Positions 18,065-28,114 of a DNA stretch of 40,716 bases are shown piece after piece. The notes beneath the pieces were generated by a model. That model was not told the origin of the DNA and made no database searches. It worked only from the letters and a program-made list of their open reading frames with translations. The DNA comes from a virus (taxonomy: Duplodnaviria; Caudoviricetes). Positions within the stretch are counted from its first letter, which is position 1, and the number at the start of each line of letters is the position of its first letter. The stretch covers positions 1 to 40,716 of the IMG/VR virus record IMGVR_UViG_3300031841_002694. One strand, 5' to 3'. A program made the position numbers and the translations under genes.

Positions 18065-19617
18065 GCTATATACCTCTAAGGCAGATAGGGTCTGGCGGCT
18101 TAGTTACTGACCAAAACCCATACGATCTGGAACTGACACAATTTCCTTCCGGTAACAACGTGCAATTCCACGATGGACGCATAGGAAAAACGTTAGGTTA
18201 CTCCCAGACAACCAGTGTCCCCGTAGCACCGACACATGTTCAAGGGTGGCGATACGAAGGTAACGACTCCATTGTCATAGGATCTTTGCAGAAGCTATAT
18301 AGGTTCGATGGCGGCACTGTTACTAACGTAACAAAAACATCAGATTCAACCAACTACAGCAACTCTCCACGTTGGCAGTCAGAGCAGTTAGGTACTGCGA
18401 TGATGTTTAACAACGGGGCGCAAACACCGCAGTATATGTTGCCAAGCGGTTCTCGTTTCGCTGATTTACCATCATGGCCTTCTGGTGTCACGACTAACTG
18501 CTTAAAACCGTACAAGTCTTTTTTGGTTATGGTGGGGTACTCAACATCTGGTACTGAGCATCCGTACACAGTTCGTTGGTCTGATGAGTATGAGCCGACA
18601 GGCGTTCCAACAGATTACGCCATAACAAGCACCACTAATCTTGCAGGTGAGAACGTCCTGTCAGGTAATAACGGTGAGCTAGTAGATCAACTAACCCTAA
18701 ACAACGCACAGATAATATACGCAGAGCGCGGTGTGTTCGCTATGGATTTCATAGGCGCACCGCTTGTTTTCTCATTCCGTGAAGTGTTCTCAGACGATGG
18801 AATAATTAACAGGGGCGCGGTCGCTGAATTCTTCAACAAACACTTAGTTGTAGGACATAACGACATATATGTGCATGATGGCAACCAGAAGCAAAGTGTT
18901 GTTGATAAGCGTGTGCGGAGAACCTTTTACAATGAGTTAGCGGATACAAGAAGTGTTTTCTGTCAGACAGTTAACGACAGATCAGAAATATGGATTTGCT
19001 ACGCAGACGCAGACGCACCGAACTCAGAAAGTGCAAACAGGGCGTTAGTATACAACTGGGCGCAGAATGCTTTTACCTTCATCGATTTACCGAACATCCG
19101 CGCACTCACCGTATCCGAAACACTTGATGCAAGCGGTGGTTGGGATGACGTTGCGGGTTCGTGGGGGCAGTCTTCAGAATATTGGTCAAATGCTTCCCAA
19201 ACCACACAAGCCAACAGTTTGCGAGTTTTTTCGGCAGGGTATGTGGACTCCAAGGTTTTCCAGATGGGAGACACACACGGGGCATCTGGCGCACCAATAG
19301 CCGCGTTCCTCGAAGCTACAAAGATCGATCTGGATGAGGTGTTGGGTAAAGCAACCAACAACATCAAGCAGATCAACGGAATCATGCCTCAAATTGAAGG
19401 GCAAGGGACAGTTAACATATCTGTTGGGGTGTCGAATGCTCCACAGGATGGCGTGACATGGCAGTCAACGACAAGCTATAATATAGAAACAGATCACAAG
19501 ATTGATGTGCGCTCTTCAGGCAGATACTTTGCTTTACGAGTAGAAAGCACAAGTGCCTCTGACTATTGGAGACTTACGGGTCTTGATATAGACGTTCAAG
19601 AGGTCGCAGGACGATGA
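18061..19617 (+). CDS. Tail tubular protein B / P22 gp10-like stabilization protein
   Basis: ~518 aa, beta-propeller-like, VRWSD, EIWICY, GRYFALRV motifs. Confidence 0.75.
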   Translation: MSYIPLRQIGSGGLVTDQNPYDLELTQFPSGNNVQFHDGRIGKTLGYSQTTSVPVAPTHVQGWRYEGNDSIVIGSLQKLYRFDGGTVTNVTKTSDSTNYSNSPRWQSEQLGTAMMFNNGAQTPQYMLPSGSRFADLPSWPSGVTTNCLKPYKSFLVMVGYSTSGTEHPYTVRWSDEYEPTGVPTDYAITSTTNLAGENVLSGNNGELVDQLTLNNAQIIYAERGVFAMDFIGAPLVFSFREVFSDDGIINRGAVAEFFNKHLVVGHNDIYVHDGNQKQSVVDKRVRRTFYNELADTRSVFCQTVNDRSEIWICYADADAPNSESANRALVYNWAQNAFTFIDLPNIRALTVSETLDASGGWDDVAGSWGQSSEYWSNASQTTQANSLRVFSAGYVDSKVFQMGDTHGASGAPIAAFLEATKIDLDEVLGKATNNIKQINGIMPQIEGQGTVNISVGVSNAPQDGVTWQSTTSYNIETDHKIDVRSSGRYFALRVESTSASDYWRLTGLDIDVQEVAGR

Positions 19618-19865
19618 GTTTTTTGCCTTCGTCCACTTCAGCAACAACCGTTGCGGATTTGCGAACATGGATTAGTAACGAACTGAATCGCGTTGCTAAC
19701 GCCTTCACCACTTCCTCGCAAACAACCACACTCCCCGTATTAACCGCCGCACCTGCAAAGCCTCAGATCGGACAAGTCGTGTTTGCAGACGGCACAAACT
19801 GGAATCCTAACTCTGGCCGTGGTCTTTATTACTACGACACAGGCGGGTGGGTTCACATAGCATAG
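19614..19865 (+). CDS. Small tail protein
   Basis: ATGA coupling; FADGTNWNP.SG.GLYYY motif. Confidence 0.7.
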   Translation: MSFLPSSTSATTVADLRTWISNELNRVANAFTTSSQTTTLPVLTAAPAKPQIGQVVFADGTNWNPNSGRGLYYYDTGGWVHIA

Positions 19866-19875
19866 GTAACAAAAA

Positions 19876-20949
19876 ATGGGTTTATTTAGTTTCGGTGGAT
19901 CAAAATCGAAAAGCTCATCACAGAGCGCATCAAACACGTTTGTAGATCCAGATCAAAAACCGTATCTCAGTGATATACGAAACCAAGCGAGAAATCTGAA
20001 CAATCAAGGTATGCCCGTTCAGGACGTGGCGGGTATTAACCCCACGCTAATGAACGCTTTGGATTTGAGCAATCGTTCGGGTCTTGGGCAGACGGGTGCG
20101 GGTGTTAATGTGATGAACATGGGAGCTAACCAAACTCAAGGAACTGGCAATGCTCTTAACTATGCAAACAACGCAATGAACTCTAACCCTTTTGGTGGCA
20201 TCGGGACAGCCATAGGAACAGGGAATATATTTTCTCAAGGAGCAGTTGGCACAACAGCCGCGAACAACAGCGGAATCAACATGAATAATGTTGGCAGTTA
20301 TATAAACAACGACATCATAAATGGTCAGGTCGATGCGGCCAGTAGAGATGTCATGCGTAACCTAACAGAGTATGAACTACCTCAAATCGCAAGCAATGCG
20401 GCAGGAACGGGCAACTCTGGATCTAGTCGAGCAGGAATAGCTGAAGGTGTTGCAATACGAGGTGCGGGTGATCGTGTCGCGGATATCTCTACCGCCATAC
20501 GCGCTCCCGCATACAACACTGCGTTAAACATTGGCGCGAACCAAGCCTCTCAAAACGCAGGGTTTCAGCAAGACACTAATTTAGCAAACATGAACGCATA
20601 CAACACCGCTCGTCAGTTTGGAACGGGTGTTGGTCAAAACGCCTTTAACACCAACCTTTCAAACCAACAGTTTGGCGCAACCACCGCCAACACTATTGGA
20701 CAGCAGGGTGTGAACAACATGGTCACAGGGCAGAACATGATGAACACAGGTATTGGACTGTCGCAGGGCGCGGGTCAGTACATGAGAGATTACGATCAAC
20801 AGTTGTTAGAGAGAAACTACCAAGCGGCAATGTCGCCATACAACAGCTTGAACTTCTACAACCAGATTGTGGGTGCGCCTAACAATCTCAGTCAGGCCAC
20901 ATCATCGTCTAAGGGTAAATCATCGTCCATCAACATGGGCTTCGGTTAA
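19876..20949 (+). CDS. Internal virion / DNA ejection protein
   Basis: MG..FGGSKS N-terminus, Gly/Asn/Gln-rich, GSSRAG motif. Confidence 0.7.
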   Translation: MGLFSFGGSKSKSSSQSASNTFVDPDQKPYLSDIRNQARNLNNQGMPVQDVAGINPTLMNALDLSNRSGLGQTGAGVNVMNMGANQTQGTGNALNYANNAMNSNPFGGIGTAIGTGNIFSQGAVGTTAANNSGINMNNVGSYINNDIINGQVDAASRDVMRNLTEYELPQIASNAAGTGNSGSSRAGIAEGVAIRGAGDRVADISTAIRAPAYNTALNIGANQASQNAGFQQDTNLANMNAYNTARQFGTGVGQNAFNTNLSNQQFGATTANTIGQQGVNNMVTGQNMMNTGIGLSQGAGQYMRDYDQQLLERNYQAAMSPYNSLNFYNQIVGAPNNLSQATSSSKGKSSSINMGFG

Positions 20950-20964
20950 TAGGTATAGATAAAT

Positions 20965-22305
20965 ATGCGTAATTATTTAACAAGTGGCGGGTTGCTAGAA
21001 GAAGGACGAGCCTTTAGGGATTCTCAGTTTGAGGGGCAACAGCAAGCAGACTCTGATTTCGAGTCTATGCCCCCAATGCGTCCAAGAAATCCTGCTGAAG
21101 ACGAGTATTTTAGACGCACTATGGTTCATGTCGGGCAAGACGCTGACGGAACGAATCTCTATCACACGCCAGAACGTTCTATCTACATGAAGAACAAACT
21201 GGAGTATCAAGCACAGCTTGGTGCGGCAGAAGACGCATACAACAAAAAGATGAACAATCCGTTCTTCAAAGCCACAGACTTTGTTACCGATTTAGTTCGT
21301 AACACTGTGGGCGCACCGTTTAACTTCCTGACAGACGGAGTGGCTTTTCAGTCAGACCCTAGTAAGTCTGCGCTACAAGGCTATAAGGCTAAGATTCAAG
21401 AGTTAAGCGATCTACAGGAAATGAATCTTGAGTATTTCTCTAAAGGCAGGAAAGACAGAGCGGAGGCTTTTGCCAATTCTGTTGCGGGAATAAACGATAT
21501 CACGCCTTCGCATTACACCGCTGAGTCTTTAGCTAAATACAGGGATTCAGGGAATATTGAAGATCTCGTCAGATACAATATGTTTGAAACGATCACTGAC
21601 AACAACACTGGCGAAATTTACCAAATCAACAGAAGCACTGGTGAAAAGATAGTCATTAAATCTGTAGAACAAGCCCAAGCAGATTCGAGGGCTAAGTTGA
21701 TAGCTGATGACTATGTGAAGCATCAAAGTACATTCCGAAACAATCAAAGTAAATTGGCGGGTAGCTTAACCACTGCTCAAGCAAAATCGAAAAACCTCTC
21801 TAATCAGATACAGGCGGCTGTTGCAATAATCAGTAAATACCCTAATCACAGCACCGGATTTGGTGGGTTGATGCAAATAATCCCCGATACAGAAGCAACG
21901 CAGTTAAAGGCTTTGTTAGACACTGTGAAATCTAATGTCGCGTTTGCCGCGTTGCAGGAGATGCGGAATAACAGCCCGACAGGTGGCGCACTAGGCAACG
22001 TGTCTAATATTGAGATTGAGCTTTTGTATCAAAATATCGCACCGCTTTTGCAAACGGGTAGTGCTCAAGATCTCATAACCTCACTGCAAACAATCGATCA
22101 AATGTCGAAAGACACATTGGCTGTGTACGAACGCGCATACAGAGAAGACGAGCGTTACTACGGAGGCAGGGAAGGTTTTTCAATGCTCAATACGGAGCAA
22201 CCTACAAGTGATACGCAAAACACGACTCAAGCACCAGTTATAGACGAGGAGACGCAACGTATTATGGATGAAATAGCTGAACTGGAAGCGAAACAAAAGC
22301 GATAA
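20965..22305 (+). CDS. Internal virion / DNA ejection protein
   Basis: SPTGGALGNVSN.E motif; position in the ejection cluster. Confidence 0.65.
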   Translation: MRNYLTSGGLLEEGRAFRDSQFEGQQQADSDFESMPPMRPRNPAEDEYFRRTMVHVGQDADGTNLYHTPERSIYMKNKLEYQAQLGAAEDAYNKKMNNPFFKATDFVTDLVRNTVGAPFNFLTDGVAFQSDPSKSALQGYKAKIQELSDLQEMNLEYFSKGRKDRAEAFANSVAGINDITPSHYTAESLAKYRDSGNIEDLVRYNMFETITDNNTGEIYQINRSTGEKIVIKSVEQAQADSRAKLIADDYVKHQSTFRNNQSKLAGSLTTAQAKSKNLSNQIQAAVAIISKYPNHSTGFGGLMQIIPDTEATQLKALLDTVKSNVAFAALQEMRNNSPTGGALGNVSNIEIELLYQNIAPLLQTGSAQDLITSLQTIDQMSKDTLAVYERAYREDERYYGGREGFSMLNTEQPTSDTQNTTQAPVIDEETQRIMDEIAELEAKQKR

Positions 22306-22315
22306 AGGTAAATCT

Positions 22316-23779
22316 ATGACAGAGCAAGAGTATTTACAAAAGGCAAAAAAACTGACTGATGCGGGTCAGTTTGACGCTTTGAAAAGATTACACAAAGTGT
22401 ACACCGACAGTCGCCCTGTTGATTACGAATTTAGTAAGTCCGTAGAAAACTTTTTGCCATCGCTTGCGTCCGCAGGTAGCGACTTGTATCAAGCTGTACG
22501 CCACCCTATCAACACTTTGTCAGCAGTAGGCAATTTAGCTTTAAGCGGTGGGGCTAATTTGGTTCAAGAGGCTGTGGATCTCACAGGCTCTGACTATCAA
22601 GTTCCTAATCAAGAGGCGGGTGAAGCCTTTGCGGGAATGCTTGATGAGCGTTACGGCTCTATGGACGCGCTGAAAACAACTGCGATGAATGACCCTGCGG
22701 GTCTTTTGATGGATCTGTCTTCTGTGTTAACAGGTGGCGGTACAGCGGTAGGCAAAGTCGGTTCAGTCGCCTCGAAGCTAGACGGTAATCTAGGAAAGGT
22801 CGGTGAAGTAGTTGAGAGTGTGGGCGACACTGTGGCAAGTGTGGGCAACGTTATAGACCCTTTAACCGGAGCAGTGAAAGCACCCACAGCGGTAGTCGAG
22901 GGCGTTTTAGGTGAACCAATATCGCATAAGCTTTACGGAAGTGCGTTCAAGCCAACAACGGGTCTAAAGCCTGAAGTTAGGGAACAGTTAATTCAGGACG
23001 GAATAGATTTGAGAGCAAAACCAACGCTCAGAAGCACGAAAAAAATCGAAAAGGAAAGAAAAAAGATTCAGAAAAAACGCGAGAAGGTTTTGGATGAAGC
23101 CGCAGAACTTGGGCGTTTGGTGGATGAAAGCGAATTATACGTCAACATTGATGATGTCAGAGCGCAATATGCTCCACCAAGACCCTCTTCAACATACGCC
23201 CCGCAGATAATCGATGATGTTGTTGATGAAGTGTCGCAGGGCATATTTAACAACGGGGGGCGGAAGCTGACCATTGAAGAAATAAATGACATCAAAATGG
23301 ATTTAGACGAAACGATTAATTACAAAAAGTTGAATCGTTCTGGCGAAAGCAATGCCAACCGTGGCGATATAGATGAGAAAGCACGAAAAGCGATAGCGAA
23401 TGCGGCTAGACAAATAATCTATAAACACGCCCCTGATTTAGATCCACTTAATCAGCAATACGGAAAAATCAGAAACGTACAAAATAATTTGCAACATCAG
23501 GGTACGAGCAGAAACCAGAACGCTGATCCACTGGGTTTATTTCAAACCACTGCGGCGGCTGTTAATCCAGTTGCGGGTGTACTTTCAGTCGCCAACCGTC
23601 CTGTGCCAAAGACCACATTAGGGATTTATGCCTCTGATGTAGGTAAAGCTGTCAGAGCGAAAAACAACCCGTTCAGGTCGGCATCACTGGCAGGGCGATA
23701 TGAGCAAGCCGCTCTTGCGGATAAAGAAGAGCGTGAGAGAGAGAAACTAGCGAAAGAACTTAGAAGGAAAGACAACTAA
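22316..23779 (+). CDS. Internal virion / DNA ejection protein
   Basis: Helical Gly/Ala-rich, DP.G..MDLS motif; position. Confidence 0.6.
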   Translation: MTEQEYLQKAKKLTDAGQFDALKRLHKVYTDSRPVDYEFSKSVENFLPSLASAGSDLYQAVRHPINTLSAVGNLALSGGANLVQEAVDLTGSDYQVPNQEAGEAFAGMLDERYGSMDALKTTAMNDPAGLLMDLSSVLTGGGTAVGKVGSVASKLDGNLGKVGEVVESVGDTVASVGNVIDPLTGAVKAPTAVVEGVLGEPISHKLYGSAFKPTTGLKPEVREQLIQDGIDLRAKPTLRSTKKIEKERKKIQKKREKVLDEAAELGRLVDESELYVNIDDVRAQYAPPRPSSTYAPQIIDDVVDEVSQGIFNNGGRKLTIEEINDIKMDLDETINYKKLNRSGESNANRGDIDEKARKAIANAARQIIYKHAPDLDPLNQQYGKIRNVQNNLQHQGTSRNQNADPLGLFQTTAAAVNPVAGVLSVANRPVPKTTLGIYASDVGKAVRAKNNPFRSASLAGRYEQAALADKEEREREKLAKELRRKDN

Positions 23780-24222
23780 TGGGCATGTTAAATTTTTTCC
23801 AAAACGTAGCTGACAAGATGCGTAAAGAAAAGTCAGAAGTAGATAAGCGAATGGATGCCTATGACGAAAAATATGGGACTAACGCATTAGGCTTCATACA
23901 AGACCAGTTTCAACCTGCTCAAACCGCAGAGATGATTGATTCAGCTAGTCTCATGGCTCAAACGAATAATGCGGCAGGTATAGCAAACCCTGCGGCATCA
24001 TTGCTTCAAAGCAACGCTACTGCGGCTCAAGCAACTACTCCCGCTTTGTATGATCCACGCAGTAACAACAAACGCGCAGGTTTGCTTGAAGACCCTGATG
24101 CAGAGACAGAGCAAGAAAGACTGCTACGCGAAAGCTATGAGGGTGTTCAGGACTACCCGCTGATGTACAACAACGATGTCCAACCCTATGGCGCAGACCA
24201 ACCCTTAAAGGTTTACGGGTGA
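23779..24222 (+). CDS. Hypothetical virion-region protein
   Basis: TAATG-coupled ORF. Confidence 0.65.
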   Translation: MGMLNFFQNVADKMRKEKSEVDKRMDAYDEKYGTNALGFIQDQFQPAQTAEMIDSASLMAQTNNAAGIANPAASLLQSNATAAQATTPALYDPRSNNKRAGLLEDPDAETEQERLLRESYEGVQDYPLMYNNDVQPYGADQPLKVYG

Positions 24223-24228
24223 TCGCCT

Positions 24229-25344
24229 GTGGGAATGCTTGGCGTTGTTTCTAAAGCCTTAGAAGAGGGGCGTAAAAAGATCAGAGCCTATCACGGCTCT
24301 CCGCACGACTTTGACAGATTCTCTACTGACAACATCGGCACTGGCGAGGGCGCACAGGCGTATGGTCGTGGCCTTTATTTTGCGGAGCGTGAAGGTACGG
24401 CTCAAAGCTATAAAGGAAGCACCAACTACGCAGACAAGAAAAGACAATTTCAAAATGAACTACCTGATGACGCTGACATAGACGAAGTAATGTATATGAA
24501 CAGGCAGGGTTCATTTTCTCCAGAAATGACAGAACTTTTAGACGCGCTTGAAGAAGATGACTTTTTAGGTTTCGACTACCCATCACAAGCAATCACTGCC
24601 GCTTTTGGTAGAAACCTTACAGACTATGATCCTTCGCCTCGTTTGTTAAAAGCTATAGATAGCGGTCATATGTACGAAGTGAATATAAATGCTTCGCCAG
24701 ACGAGTTGCTTGATTACGATCTACCTTTAAGTGAACAAAGTGATTTTGTAAAAAGCAGACTACCGAAGGAGTTGTTAGATAGGGAGGGTGCGAGAGGTAT
24801 CAACGCTGTAAAAGACTTTCCGATACCAAACTCAGAGATGATGAGCAATGCTGATTACAGTCAAAAAGCGGCAGATGCACTACAAGAGTCTGGCATTAAA
24901 GGTGTAAAGTATGCCGATGCTCAGACTCGGTTCTCTCCAAAAGGTAAAACACACAACTACGTTGTCTTTGATGACAAGCTAGTAGAAATAGCTCGTAAGT
25001 ACGGTGTGACGATGCCAGTGGCGGGGGCAATTCTTGCGGGGACAATGACACCGGAACAGGCACAAGCGGGTGTTGTCACACCGCAAAAAGATGGTATTTT
25101 AAAAGACACGAGCGATGTTGCGCTTGAAACTGTGTCGGGTATCAACCGCGCAGTGGTAGACGGTTTAAACTTCTTCACAGCCGATCAGGTAAACAATGTT
25201 TTAAACCTTGTGGGAAGCGATAAGCGTATACCTAACCTGTATGATGTACCTTATATAAAGGAAGCAACACAGGGTAACTATATGGATGATGGGCTACCCA
25301 GAGATGTTGTGCGTACCGGAAGTGAATTTTTATCTCCGTTATAA
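24229..25344 (+). CDS. ADP-ribosyltransferase-like (ART-PolyVal-like) domain protein
   Basis: AYHGS..FD.F...GTGEGAQAYG.GLYFA and GI.G..Y.D...NYVVFD motifs. Confidence 0.6.
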   Translation: MGMLGVVSKALEEGRKKIRAYHGSPHDFDRFSTDNIGTGEGAQAYGRGLYFAEREGTAQSYKGSTNYADKKRQFQNELPDDADIDEVMYMNRQGSFSPEMTELLDALEEDDFLGFDYPSQAITAAFGRNLTDYDPSPRLLKAIDSGHMYEVNINASPDELLDYDLPLSEQSDFVKSRLPKELLDREGARGINAVKDFPIPNSEMMSNADYSQKAADALQESGIKGVKYADAQTRFSPKGKTHNYVVFDDKLVEIARKYGVTMPVAGAILAGTMTPEQAQAGVVTPQKDGILKDTSDVALETVSGINRAVVDGLNFFTADQVNNVLNLVGSDKRIPNLYDVPYIKEATQGNYMDDGLPRDVVRTGSEFLSPL

Positions 25345-25657
25345 CTGTACCAAAACTGTACCATCGCATTATAAGTCATTGATTTATAGAGTAGTTGCTA
25401 CTATCGAGCATGGGAGCTACACAAAATTTCCTGTTAATTTTCAATAACTTAGCCTTATCGTTCCTAATTTTAATACATTTTAAATAATTCTATAACTCGT
25501 TGATTTATAACGATTTATACTTTATTAGCATTTTAAATATTTTTAGAACTGTACCACAAACTGCACCAAAATTAATAGTCAATTATTACTTGTATCCGTT
25601 GTATTTCCTAGCGTAAAACATATAATTGACATTTAAACATAAAACAAAGGTGTACCA
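25343..25657. mobile_element. attP region: arm-type repeats, IHF sites, dusA-like core
   Basis: AACTG(T/C)ACCA at 25343, 25354, 25547, 25559 and TGTACCA at 25651; IHF-like boxes near 25372, 25438, 25493; AT-rich. Confidence 0.85.
25403..25444 (-). other. Replacement 5' end of host dusA (MKINRKFCVAPMLD) within attP
   Basis: TTG start after AAGG; FCVAPMLD matches the conserved DusA N-terminus; similarity ends after D. Confidence 0.85.
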
Positions 25658-25658
25658 A

Positions 25659-26693
25659 ATGGGCATAATTCAGAAACGTGAAGGCAAATCTGGGGTAGCA
25701 AGCTACAGGGTTTTGATCAGACGCGCAGGAAGCCCCTCAATAAGTAAAAGTTTTAAAAAGAAAGCATTAGCTAAGGCGTGGATGGCCGCCACAGAAAACG
25801 CACTGGACACTGATTCATTTCGAGAAGATAAAACGCTTTTTAAAGCAATGATTGATAGGTACGTTGCTGAAATAGGGCAGATCAAACCTTTTGGTCGAAC
25901 AAAAAAATACGTCATTGACGCTCTCAGAGTCGCGTTGGGTCATTATGAACTTAAAGAATTAACCGCTGACGTGCTTATGGATTTTGCGTTACGCAGGAGA
26001 TTAGATTGCTGTCCTAGCACGGTTAAAATGGATATGCAGTACATTGGCGTGGTTTTATCTACCGCTGAAAACATGTGGGGTTTGAAGCCTAAGTTCGATG
26101 AGTACCGCAAGGCTATGGATAACTGCGTTAACTTACAGGTAATTGCATCTAGCGATGAGCGAGATCGCCGATGCTCAGACGAGGAAATCAGTGAGATTCT
26201 GGCAAACGTCAGTTCTGCCCTGCCTGTCGCTGAGTGGGTAAAATTTTCTTTGGCAACAGCGATGCGCGTGGGGGAGATTGGGTCGTTGCGTTGGAAAGAT
26301 TTAAGCAAGGACGGTAAAAGCATAATAATACGTCAGAGAAAGCACCCCCGTAAAAAACGCGATGAGGTTGTCCCACTGGTTCCAGAGGCGCGTGAAATTA
26401 TATCTCGACAACCCATATCCATTAAATCGCCTGATCTTATCTTCCCGCACAACCCAAAATCTATTACTGCGGCATTCCGCAAGGGTAGAGAACGATCAAG
26501 CGTTGAGGATTTGCGGTATCACGATCTGCGACACGAGGCCATATCACGGCTTTTTGAGCTAGGGTTTGACAGTATGGTAGTCGCAACCTTTAGTGGGCAT
26601 AGAAATATTAACATGCTCAGACGATACACGCATATCAACGCTAACAAGGTGCTAAACATACTCGAAGAGCAGAGCAGGAGAAAAGCATCATAA
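25659..26693 (+). CDS. int: Tyrosine integrase, dusA-associated type
   Basis: Catalytic R (TAMR), K, HDLRH, SGH, RRY; ATG after AAGGTG; adjacent dusA-like attP. Confidence 0.95.
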   Translation: MGIIQKREGKSGVASYRVLIRRAGSPSISKSFKKKALAKAWMAATENALDTDSFREDKTLFKAMIDRYVAEIGQIKPFGRTKKYVIDALRVALGHYELKELTADVLMDFALRRRLDCCPSTVKMDMQYIGVVLSTAENMWGLKPKFDEYRKAMDNCVNLQVIASSDERDRRCSDEEISEILANVSSALPVAEWVKFSLATAMRVGEIGSLRWKDLSKDGKSIIIRQRKHPRKKRDEVVPLVPEAREIISRQPISIKSPDLIFPHNPKSITAAFRKGRERSSVEDLRYHDLRHEAISRLFELGFDSMVVATFSGHRNINMLRRYTHINANKVLNILEEQSRRKAS

Positions 26694-26726
26694 AAAAAAG
26701 CCGCGTAATGCGGCTTATTTTTTTTA
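26692..26726. terminator. Bidirectional terminator
   Basis: A8-GCCGC-GTAAT-GCGGC-TTA-T8 between convergent genes. Confidence 0.85.
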
Positions 26727-26743
26727 CTGATTGATGACACTGT

Positions 26744-27052
26744 TTACATGTGGCATTCCGGTACGCCGTGTTCCTCAACATCTTTTATCAATTTGTCTAA
26801 GTACCACGCGGCCTTTTTCAAGTCACGAATTTTGCCTTCGTCTGTTTCCGACTTAAATCGCCATCGGTGTAAATATTTTTTGAGTGAGCCTTCTAAATAA
26901 TAACCGAAACCTTCATCAAGCGTATCTGATATATAGTCGATAGCTTCTATGGTGGTTGCGGTGTAGTGTGCGGGTTTATCGACTAAAGGGTCACGTTCAT
27001 CTGCCGATTTTTTAATGCCTGTTTCGTTTTTTCCGTTGTTGCATTTATCCAT
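26744..27052 (-). CDS. DUF3310 family protein
   Basis: V..P.HY...IEAID...KY..R...K....DLKKA.WYL motif; start uncertain. Confidence 0.85.
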   Translation of the reverse strand: MDKCNNGKNETGIKKSADERDPLVDKPAHYTATTIEAIDYISDTLDEGFGYYLEGSLKKYLHRWRFKSETDEGKIRDLKKAAWYLDKLIKDVEEHGVPECHM

Positions 27053-27165
27053 TTGTACGTTTCCCGTATTGTTTATGCGCTTTAGGTGCACACGTGTGTT
27101 TATAAACTGAGCCTACTAATGAATATATATTACTCACGGTTATATAGTCAATCGATTGTTGTAAT

Positions 27166-27384
27166 TTAATTTAAAGAAATAGTTGTTTCGGCAAGCTGAG
27201 ACAACCCCATTGCCCTACGGCTATCGAAATACTTCTGAACTACCAGTTTATCCGCAACTCTAAATTTCCCCATTTTGTAAGTTGGAACGGGAAATCTCTC
27301 TTCGTGGATAGAGTTTTGCAAGCTTTGAGGTGTCAACCCAAAAAGGCTTGCCAGTTCCACCATTGTTAAATATGGTTTTTCCAT
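27166..27384 (-). CDS. Excisionase / AlpA-like wHTH protein
   Basis: YLT..ELA.LFG.....L......FP.P..K.G pattern; near int; AGGAG RBS. Confidence 0.7.
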   Translation of the reverse strand: MEKPYLTMVELASLFGLTPQSLQNSIHEERFPVPTYKMGKFRVADKLVVQKYFDSRRAMGLSQLAETTISLN

Positions 27385-27392
27385 AATATCTC

Positions 27393-28022
27393 CTAGATTA
27401 TTAAAGGTTGTAAAATTTTCTTGCCACTTTTATAGCGATTGTTTTTTTGGTCAAGCTTAATTCGTGTTTTGCCTTGCGGCAAATCTGTTAAATCTACAAA
27501 ATCGTATGTAATAGACGATTTATTTAAGTGGTCTTTAAAAACACACCCGACTGCGGTAACGCCTTTTTTGGTGCCTTTGTTTTCTATCTCAAACTCAGCA
27601 GTGTTGTTGCAAATAGCGGTAGATGTCAGTGCTAAAAACTTAAACAATTTACCATTAGAAACAGCAGTAATGTCGCTGTCGTCCTGCGGGTCTTCGGTAA
27701 AAGCAACAGTACATCCTGCGGATAGCAAAAAACTTGTTAACGCATAAACCCCCGCATTTTGATATCGGGCTACTGCTCTAAATTTCTCTGTACCAAGCAG
27801 TTCTGCACCTATTGAAAGCCACGCATAATCTACATTTAGAAGCGCAGAAAGCTTTTTCATTGCCTTATCCCTTGGTTTGGACTCGCCAGAAAACCATTTA
27901 CGAACACCTTCCTGTGATACGCCCAACGCTTTTGCTATATGCACTTGGCGACCATACCCGTGGTCGGGTATATCAACGCTTGCATCGCAACTTTTTATAA
28001 ATCTATCTCTAAAATCTTCCAT
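27393..28022 (-). CDS. XRE-family HTH repressor with an atypical C-terminal domain
   Basis: IAKALGVSQEGVRKWFSGESKP...LNV..AWL..G; no S24 peptidase motif; GAGGAG RBS. Confidence 0.8.
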   Translation of the reverse strand: MEDFRDRFIKSCDASVDIPDHGYGRQVHIAKALGVSQEGVRKWFSGESKPRDKAMKKLSALLNVDYAWLSIGAELLGTEKFRAVARYQNAGVYALTSFLLSAGCTVAFTEDPQDDSDITAVSNGKLFKFLALTSTAICNNTAEFEIENKGTKKGVTAVGCVFKDHLNKSSITYDFVDLTDLPQGKTRIKLDQKNNRYKSGKKILQPLII

Positions 28023-28069
28023 ATCAATACTCCTCTCTAAGATGGGGTCATTCCTTCAACCCATGACTC

Positions 28070-28114
28070 TCAACCTTAAACCACCTTTAAGGTTGAAGTC
28101 AAGTATTTGTTGTA
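28070..28114 (-). promoter_or_regulatory. Repressor promoter with operator and 11-bp inverted repeat
   Basis: TTGACT-N18-TAAGGT; operator at 28098-28114; TCAACCTTAAA-N5-TTTAAGGTTGA at 28070-28096. Confidence 0.55.
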
